A stretch of 64,000 bases of DNA from Diplonema japonicum. Taxonomy: Eukaryota; Protista; Euglenozoa: Diplonemea. How positions within the stretch are numbered: position 1 is the first letter of the stretch; each line of letters opens with the position of its first letter. The stretch is taken from NCBI GenBank assembly GCA_964019335.1, contig OZ025745.1:303314-367313 (forward strand). The letters run 5' to 3'. The translations under genes were made by a program, and so were the position numbers. Shown here one piece after another: positions 57,217 to 64,000 of the stretch. The notes under the pieces were generated by a model. That model was not told the DNA's origin. It did no database searches and worked only from the letters and a program-made list of their open reading frames with translations.

Positions 57217-58173
57217 TCACTCTTCACTTTTTCTGTGCTTCCCCCGGGCCTTCTTCTTAGTGGCTGTAGTGGGGGTTGACCCCGAGGACCCCCCTGAGCT
57301 CCGTCGAAGGTTCTCAGCGGTACTGGACGCAGGGGTGGTGGGGGTTTCAGGTGCAGCCACTGCCTTCGGAACCGCTTCAGAAGGAAAATCGTGATCCTGG
57401 TCTGACGAATCCGAACCCAAATCCACACAGTCCCAAATGGAATGATCCTCGGCCATGTCACAAGGACCCTCTGTGGAGTCCAGCTCATAAAGGCACTGAT
57501 CTAAGTCAGGCTGAATCGAGAGCACGTCTTCAGGTGCAATGCGTTCTTTGTCGAGCAGTTGCCGCATTTTTTCAAGTTTTGCTTGGTGGTACCGGTGGGA
57601 CTGGACAAGGGTGCCTTCTGAAGCTGATCGGGAGAGGACATGCCCGTCCCCCAACCGGCCGCATTTGCCGTTGTAGACATCTCGTCCGCTTTTCTTTCGG
57701 TTGTTTCGTAGGACAGCTGAAGCAAGGGCGTGAAACTTTACGGTGGCCATGTTGAGCCATAGCCGTGCTTCTTTGTAAGAAGCGTCCCCGGCAGGGCCAT
57801 GGGAGGAACGGGTCTTTCTGGGGTATAGTGCCCGGATGAGCTTTACCCGGTTCTCGATTTCCTGGATAGCCATGTTGAGCTCATCGTTGTTTTCTTTCGA
57901 TTGCTTTTTCAGTGTGTCCAGAACTGTCTTACGCTTCAGCAGGACTGCAAAGGGCTCCCAACCTTTCATTACGTTAGGGTCCAACCACTCATCTACATCC
58001 ACCACGTCTTGGATACCTTCATCGAACCCGGCAAGCGCTGAGTCTAGTTGGTGCAGTGCCTTTTTTTTTTGTTTGTTTCGTGAATAAAAAAATTAAAAAA
58101 AAAAAGAAACCTGATCGATCTCTACCCGCCGTCTTCTGTTTGCGTCTCGCTCTTCCCGTTTATCCAGCGACAT
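57217..58173 (-). CDS. Hypothetical coiled-coil protein; 2 exons
   Basis: ATG 58173 (MSLDKREERDANRRRRVEIDQ) plus intron 58060-58110 joins ORF 57217-58005 in frame. Confidence 0.7.
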
Positions 58174-58580
58174 TGTAAAAAAAAGGGGGGGGGAGGGGGG
58201 CTTTTTTTTTAAAAAAGAATTATAAGAAAGAAATGAACGTTCAGGTTTGTTGGGTTTTTCTTCTTTTTTTATTCCCTCTTTTTTTTGTTTTCTTTTTTTT
58301 TTTTGTGTTTTTCAAAGGGGGAAAGTTGGGGGTTATGAACAAAAAGGAGAGAAGAAAAAAAAGAAAAAAAGAAACTGGGTGGAAAGAAGCAGAAGAAAAA
58401 AAAAGGGGGGGGGAAGACTTATCAAAGAAAAAGAGAAATAACAATAAAAAGTATTTATTCAAAAAAAAGAAAGTTTCCTTGTCTTTTCTTTTTTTTTTTA
58501 AACTACTCCAAGCCCTGTAGGACTGTTACCGGGTGCTCTCTCGCCCCCTCCCCTCCCCGGTCCCCTTCCTGTCAGAGTGT

Positions 58581-58612
<32 letters not shown>

Positions 58613-58722
58613 CTCTTGGAATGCAATAAAAAAAGGGGTGAAATCACAACTAGATGAAACCCAATCTATAACTACAGTCATCTCTAATACATCTATTTTT
58701 CATATCATCCCTCCAAAATTAT

Positions 58723-59652
58723 CTATTTCTTGCTTTTCTTCTTCGAACTGAGCGGCAAAGCCTCATCCGAGGACAAACTGTTGTCGGAGTCACCTGGGAC
58801 GTCGTCGAAGGTCAGTTTCAGAGAGTCTCGCTTCTTCCGTTTTGGGGTTTTTTCTTTGGGTTGTTTTTTTGTTTTTTTTTTGGGTTTTTCAGGTCCGCCA
58901 AGGGCCTTTTCCAGCCTCTCCTTCAGCACAGCCTTGGTACCGGTAATTATCATGTCTCTCGCAGACAGCTCTGCTCGTAGCTCTTTAACATTCAGTGTAT
59001 CGGTGTCCACGCTAACAGGCACCTTGTGGATCGTGAATGCCTGCTGAGCACTGTCCGTCCCTGTCCCCTCCAATGGCGCGGCCCTCAGTCTTTCTTTCAA
59101 TACAGATTCAGCCTCTTCCTTCTCTTGTTTTTCGTAGTCGAAGTCCGCTGTCCCCCACACATTGGAGGGGTTGCCTGGTTTGAACACTGCCGTTGCTGTT
59201 GGTTCCGTAACTAGTTTCACGCTTTTCTTCCCTTTCGTGGGGTGTACAGGTTTCACAGGTTCTGATACAGATGAGGTGTCGGGGCTGTCTTGCTTCTTGA
59301 CTATTTTAGCCCTTTTGGGGGTGGGTTTGACATGTTTTGCGGGTGCTTCTGATGAACTGTCATTGGAATCTGAGCTGTCTGTGTTCTGTACAACCTTTGC
59401 CCTCTTGGAGTTGGGTTTCTTCTTTGCAGGTTTCGCGGGTGCTTCTGATGAACTGTCGTTGGAATCGGAGCTGTCTTGTGTAACCCTGGCCCTCTTGGTG
59501 CCGGACTTTTTTGCAGGTTTCGCAGGGGTTTCCGACTGGTTGGATGAGGCACCGGAACTGTCATCGGAGCTGTCCTTGTATTGTGCCTTCCCTGCCTTGC
59601 TGCGACCCCCTCGTGCAGCTGCCTTCGTTGGCGCCTTCTTCTCGCGTTTGGA
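58723..59652 (-). CDS. SAP-domain, Lys/Ser-rich nuclear-type protein, 3' exon only (5' part not found in window)
   Basis: SAP motif LNVKELRAELSARDMIITGTKAVLKERL. The exon starts after a poly-A...CAG acceptor (59653-59655) and has no nearby in-frame ATG. Confidence 0.75.
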   Translation of the reverse strand, partial: SKREKKAPTKAAARGGRSKAGKAQYKDSSDDSSGASSNQSETPAKPAKKSGTKRARVTQDSSDSNDSSSEAPAKPAKKKPNSKRAKVVQNTDSSDSNDSSSEAPAKHVKPTPKRAKIVKKQDSPDTSSVSEPVKPVHPTKGKKSVKLVTEPTATAVFKPGNPSNVWGTADFDYEKQEKEEAESVLKERLRAAPLEGTGTDSAQQAFTIHKVPVSVDTDTLNVKELRAELSARDMIITGTKAVLKERLEKALGGPEKPKKKTKKQPKEKTPKRKKRDSLKLTFDDVPGDSDNSLSSDEALPLSSKKKSKK

Positions 59653-59654
59653 CT

Positions 59655-59706
<52 letters not shown>

Positions 59707-59804
59707 TTTTAACAATATTATTGTCGAGACTAAAAACTAGTTGATGGCAGCGTAATGAGCTATTTTATTAGGTAAAATTCCGCTCGTGCGCACAAACAAA
59801 GAAA

Positions 59805-60864
59805 ATGTCAAGGGACGACTTCGAACTAGGGAAGGTTAAGTGGACGGACGTCGAGACATCGACATATCCTCTTCGGCTACCCCCGCGAAACACGGTCACG
59901 ACTGTGTGTTCTTCCCCTCGTGCGATAGGGCCCATGATCTGGGTAACCATTGCGCGAGGTGCGGACGCGTGGGGGACCCCGAGTGCCTACGGGCAAAATG
60001 AAAACGAAGGCCCTACGGGTGCGCTTCGAGTTGCCCACGAGTTCAGAGGAGCTTTGGGTTTGCCCTCCGTGTTGCTGGGAAGTTGACAATGGGGCTGACT
60101 TAGTTGTCACCGACGAGGGGGCAGATCATGCGGAAGGGGAGGACGGGGAGCGCGAGGAAATGACGGACACTGGCGGGGTCGCTGAGGTAGACTTGCTGAC
60201 GGAGGCGGAAAGCCACGCTGACCCAACGGTACGCCGTTTGGTGCAGCTGATGATGGCGAGGAACGACGCGATGGCCCTGAAGCATGAAGCGCTGGAGGCC
60301 GAATTAACGGCTCTGCGCAAGGAGAAGAGGACCAGGGTCCCGTTTGACCTGGATCTTCGGCGGGTCGTGGAGTGGGTCCCCTACTTGGATTGCCCTTCGG
60401 GGGTGGACGCAATCCTGTCCGCGATCGCGTTGCGTTACGGTCCTTTCGTGGACAAGCCGGAGAGTGACGCCAATGCGGGTTGCCACGAATCTATGAGGAT
60501 CTGGCACTACCTACGGGTAGCTCGCGACAAGGAAGGCAAATGGTCTAAGGATCTACTTCCGACGCTGCACAGTTACATGCTACGGCTTGAAGCTCTGCGC
60601 GTGCTGACGGAGTGTGGCCAGAATTTCCGGCTCGGGATTCAGAAGGCCCGCGCTTACGAGGGGTATCTCTTCGGGTCACACTGGGAGGACTTCTCCGATA
60701 AAAAGCTACGGCTTACATTTAAGCACATGAACTCTACGGAGGCCGTGCTTGAGGTCTTGAAGAAGGATCGGGAGAGGGAGAGGGAAGCAGACAGGTTGAG
60801 AAACAGACAAGGTGGAACCCCTAAGAGGACTAGGTTGGGAAGTTTCTCGACTCCAAAAAAGTGA
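59805..60864 (+). CDS. Element ORF1 (Gag-like) with N-terminal PHD-like Cys cluster and coiled coil; two 1-nt frameshifts in homopolymers
   Basis: ATG 59805; adding one C (~59880) and one A (~59995) gives ...HDCVFFPSC...CARCGRVGDPECL...WVCPPCC...LEAELTALRKE. The second copy at 63693 reads in frame through the first site. Confidence 0.6.
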
Positions 60865-61059
60865 GCCGCGGCCTCACTCTCCCCGAAACCCAAACCCCTC
60901 CTTCCCCAATCAAAAAATCCCTCTCTTCCTTCCTCTCTTACGACTATAACGCTTTCCGATTCCCCATGGAGCGATCTTCTCCGTGGCGGAACCATCCGCA
61001 AGAAGGACTCTGTCGACGGGAGCGAAGTTCCAGAGCTACGGCAGAACACGCTAAAGACG

Positions 61060-61862
61060 ATGTCCACCGCTTACAAGGGTCAGGCTTTTCTCTCAGTGAT
61101 GCGAAGATCGGAGGCCTTCCGCGAGCAACTCCAGAGGATTCAGCCACACCTGTCAAAGGAGATGTGCTTTGCGATGTGGGTGCAGCGTCTACGCGACGAG
61201 AAGCGCCTCAGCCCGAGTTCGGCTCTGCAGTATATGACGTACTTCAGCCAGGCGGAGAGGTCCCCTTTTCAACTTCTTCGGCGATCCCTGAGTCGAAAAC
61301 TCTCGGACCACTCCGCGCACGAGGACAAGATGGCCCGGGTGCCGACCATGTCCGCAGTGAAGGAGGTGATCCCCAAGAGAGGCATCTTGGCGGGGGCCTT
61401 GAGCCTCCAGCTGGCTTCGGCGTGCCGGTGGGTCGACTTGAAGAATCTTCTAGTCAAGCACGTGGAGCAGGGACGCCACGACACCCCGAAAGGTTCGGTG
61501 ATGCTTACCTTTGTGGGGGCAAAACCGACCTGAGCAGTCGCGGCCAGAGCCTGGTTTTAAGTTCACAGAACAAACAGATCGACAAGTTCCTGTTGTGGAT
61601 GGACTCGCAACCGAGGTTGCCCGAACACCGGCTGTTTCAGGAGCTTTCCTACGGGGACTACAACTCCTTCGTGAAGCAGAGCCTCGGGGTGACAACAAGG
61701 TTCATCCGTCACGCGACCTTGAACGAAGTCGCCCTGACCCAAGGGGAGGAGGCCGCGAGGACACTTGGTCGGCATCGTCGCGTCGAGTCGACCAGACACT
61801 ACACCTCTCGAGGTACGTGGGGGGACGTGAAGGGGTCGGTCGACGTCTCGAGGAACCTCTAG
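61060..61862 (+). CDS. Tyrosine recombinase, split by a 1-nt deletion in the G5 run at 61515-61519
   Basis: ASACRWVDL (Arg), then after the shift GKTD (Lys), TRFIRH (HxxR-like), LGRH and STRHY (catalytic Tyr). Confidence 0.82.
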
Positions 61863-63427
61863 ATACTTTTTGGGAGGTTTTGTCCTGGTACGACTATGAC
61901 TGGGACTGGTGGAATCTGGAAGGAGACGTGCCTCGGATTCCTCGAGCGAGCTATGAGGGTCATGTGGCAGGCGCACCCCTAGAGCCCCTCGATGCTGCCT
62001 TGTTGCAGGAGGACTTCCCCTGTCTGGGGGAGAACTTCGAATGGATAAAGCCGTCTTTTCTTCGGCGGCACATCGGCAGCCGCGCTAAGGAGGTTGGTCC
62101 TCGCAATACGAGATTGGCTGTTCTTGTTGGTCAGATCACTGGAGGCAACATCGCTGTGAAAGCCCCGAGGAGCAGAGCCGGTTCATTTTTTCATTGCGCT
62201 TTTTGCGTTAAAAAGCGAAAGCCTGGACAGCTGCGTTTCATCCTCGCCTGCACAGGTCTGAACAAGAGTCTGAGCCACTTACCCTTGCCGCCGTGTAACT
62301 TCCCCTCCTATCGTGAGATAGTCGAGACCATGTTCCGAGGAGCCTACTTCATCGAGCACGATTTCAAATCATGGTTTTTCCAGTTTGAGCTGCACAAGGA
62401 ATCGCGGCCTTTCTTCTCGTTCAGAGCGGATGGGAATATCTTGCAGATGCAGCGGCTTGCAATGGGATACCGAGCCGCGCCGCAGCTGGGTCAAGCCGTC
62501 GCCAGATGTGTGGCTAACGAGTCTGTGAGAAATTCATCCGTTCTGGCTGTCGTCTGGCTGGACAACATCGTACTCATCGACAAAGACCTGGGTACGTTGA
62601 AGGAGGCTTCGCTCAGGTTCGAAGCTCTGTGCCGGAGGTACCGCATCGTGATCGGCGAGACGTCGGCTCCGTCACAGGTGGGTAGAGTCTTGGGTCTGGA
62701 GTGACCTCCAATGCAAGAGATGGAGGATGTGCAGCAAGTGGATCGAAGCCCTGAAACCGATACTGGAGGACTTCGTGTTTGACAGACCCCTACAGCTTCG
62801 GAGGTGGTGGAGGCTCTGCGGTCTTGTACTTTGGCGAGCTCATGCGCTGGCCCTCCCTCTTTTCAGGTTCAAGTCCATCCTTAGGTGGATGTCGGGTGTG
62901 TGCAAAGGCAAGGACCTCGATGCTGCTAGTCGAGCGGGTTTTTTGGGACTACACTCATAATGATACCAGCGTCGGTGCAACGTGCGTTGCGGGCCGCTTT
63001 CGAAGAGTTGAGACAGAACGAATGGAAGCGGTGGGCCGAGCGACCTACAGTAAGGCTCGAGGCCTTCACGGATGCCAGCTTGACGGGGTGGTGCTGCATG
63101 CTAATGCTCGACGGGAAGAAACACGTCAGGTGGGGACGTATACCGCAAGCCTTGGCGGGAGCGGCCATTGCTCGATTGGAGATGTATGCCCTGCTGGAAC
63201 TGCTAGAATTTGCTTTTCGGGTGTTGGGTCTCCGGAACGTGGTGCTTCACGTGGGTATCGACAGCACTGTCGTTCTTGGTGCTTGGCGGAAGGCCTACTC
63301 CGGTGACGAGGTCATGCTCGAGATGCTGTGCCGGGGCCGAGAGATCGCGGAGGAGGCGCAAAGCGAGGTGTCTGGGTTCTACGTGAGGTCCCGGGAGAAC
63401 CCGGCGGATGCGTACACTAGGTTGTGA
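61511..63427 (+). CDS. Reverse transcriptase-RNase H (pol), with frameshifts near 62702 and 62945
   Basis: RT: FCVKK...LRFILAC..LN, HDFKSWFFQF, RLAMGY..AP, VWLDNI, VLGL. RNase H: FTDAS, IARLE, GIDST, NPADAYTR. Confidence 0.88.
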
Positions 63428-63550
63428 CATGTTTTTTCCTTGGCACGAGCGCGCTGGCGGCCTACCCCACTCCTGGCCAAGGTTCGCTAAGACGAATCTG
63501 TGACCTAAGGGACACGCGGCGGGGAGGGGGAGGGCGTGTTCATAAGTGGA

Positions 63551-63571
63551 CCGCTCGTGCGCACAAACAAA
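63551..63571 (+). repeat. 21-bp direct repeat CCGCTCGTGCGCACAAACAAA (also at 59780-59800 and 63668-63688)
   Basis: Three exact copies bracketing the element's coding region. Confidence 0.95.
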
Positions 63572-63842
63572 TGGAGCGCCAAACTAGTTTTTTGTTTTAA
63601 CAATATTATTGTCGAGACTAAAAACTAGTTGATGGCAGCGTAATGATCTATTTTATTAGGTAAAATTCCGCTCGTGCGCACAAACAAAGAAAATGTCAAG
63701 GGACGACTTCGAACTAGGGAAGGTTAAGTGGACGGACGTCGAGACATCGACCCTTCGGCTACCCCCGAAACACGGTCACGACTGTGTGTTCTTCCCCTCG
63801 TGCGATTGGGCCCATGATCTGGGTAACCATTCATTTATTTTT

Positions 63843-63889
<47 letters not shown>

Positions 63890-64000
63890 GAAAAGAAGCA
63901 CAGGGCGCACACACACACACACACACACACACCGCAAAAAAAAAAAGAAGAAAGAAGAAAACATGCAGCTCAAACACTTAGAGCAAATGTCGGACGATGG

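Larger units (their letters stand above)
59700..63831 (+). mobile_element. Tyrosine-recombinase retrotransposon (DIRS order; ORF1-YR-RT-RNaseH arrangement like VIPER/TATE), followed by a ~245-bp repeat of its own 5' end
   Basis: YR, RT and RNase H motifs (see below); 59700-59951 is repeated at 63588-63831; lies antisense to all host genes. Confidence 0.9.

Noticed and set aside
59700-59800. Spliced-leader RNA gene as the element's target or repeat
   Set aside because: No match on either strand to the euglenozoan SL core as I recall it (CAGTTTCTGTACT).
59700-63831. Conventional LTR retrotransposon
   Set aside because: No DDE integrase or protease, no TG...CA ends or TSD; a tyrosine recombinase is present and the duplicated segment includes ORF1 coding sequence.

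Overview
Eukaryotic nuclear DNA, almost certainly from a euglenozoan. The ORF at 50026-51274 matches the Euglenozoa-type mitochondrial ATP synthase subunit d (ATPTB2). Because the genes also carry many cis-spliced introns, a diplonemid-like organism fits better than a trypanosomatid (inference). About 20 host protein genes lie co-directionally on the minus strand across ~59 kb. I resolved 27 very short GT-AG introns (35-85 nt), mostly A-rich and lacking a polypyrimidine tract; they explain the poly-Lys runs in the ORF track. Much of the non-coding DNA consists of long A/T/G/C homopolymers. Notable genes are a Na+/H+ antiporter fused to two NADAR domains, a GPI-anchored protein with four dCache-like repeats, two large proteins with catalytically dead metacaspase domains, a kringle/Cys-rich surface protein, an NSS transporter, a MAP2K, a JmjC protein and a fold-type-III PLP enzyme. 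Mobile DNA includes a MITE with a TAA target duplication carrying a tRNA-like Pol III unit, and a decayed TIR element. At the right end lies a plus-strand tyrosine-recombinase retrotransposon (ORF1-YR-RT-RNaseH order, as in kinetoplastid VIPER/TATE). Its YR gene appears fully nested in the pol reading frame, and its ORF1 ends at an A-AAA-AAG-TGA junction. All calls come from manual reading and motif recall; no searches were run.
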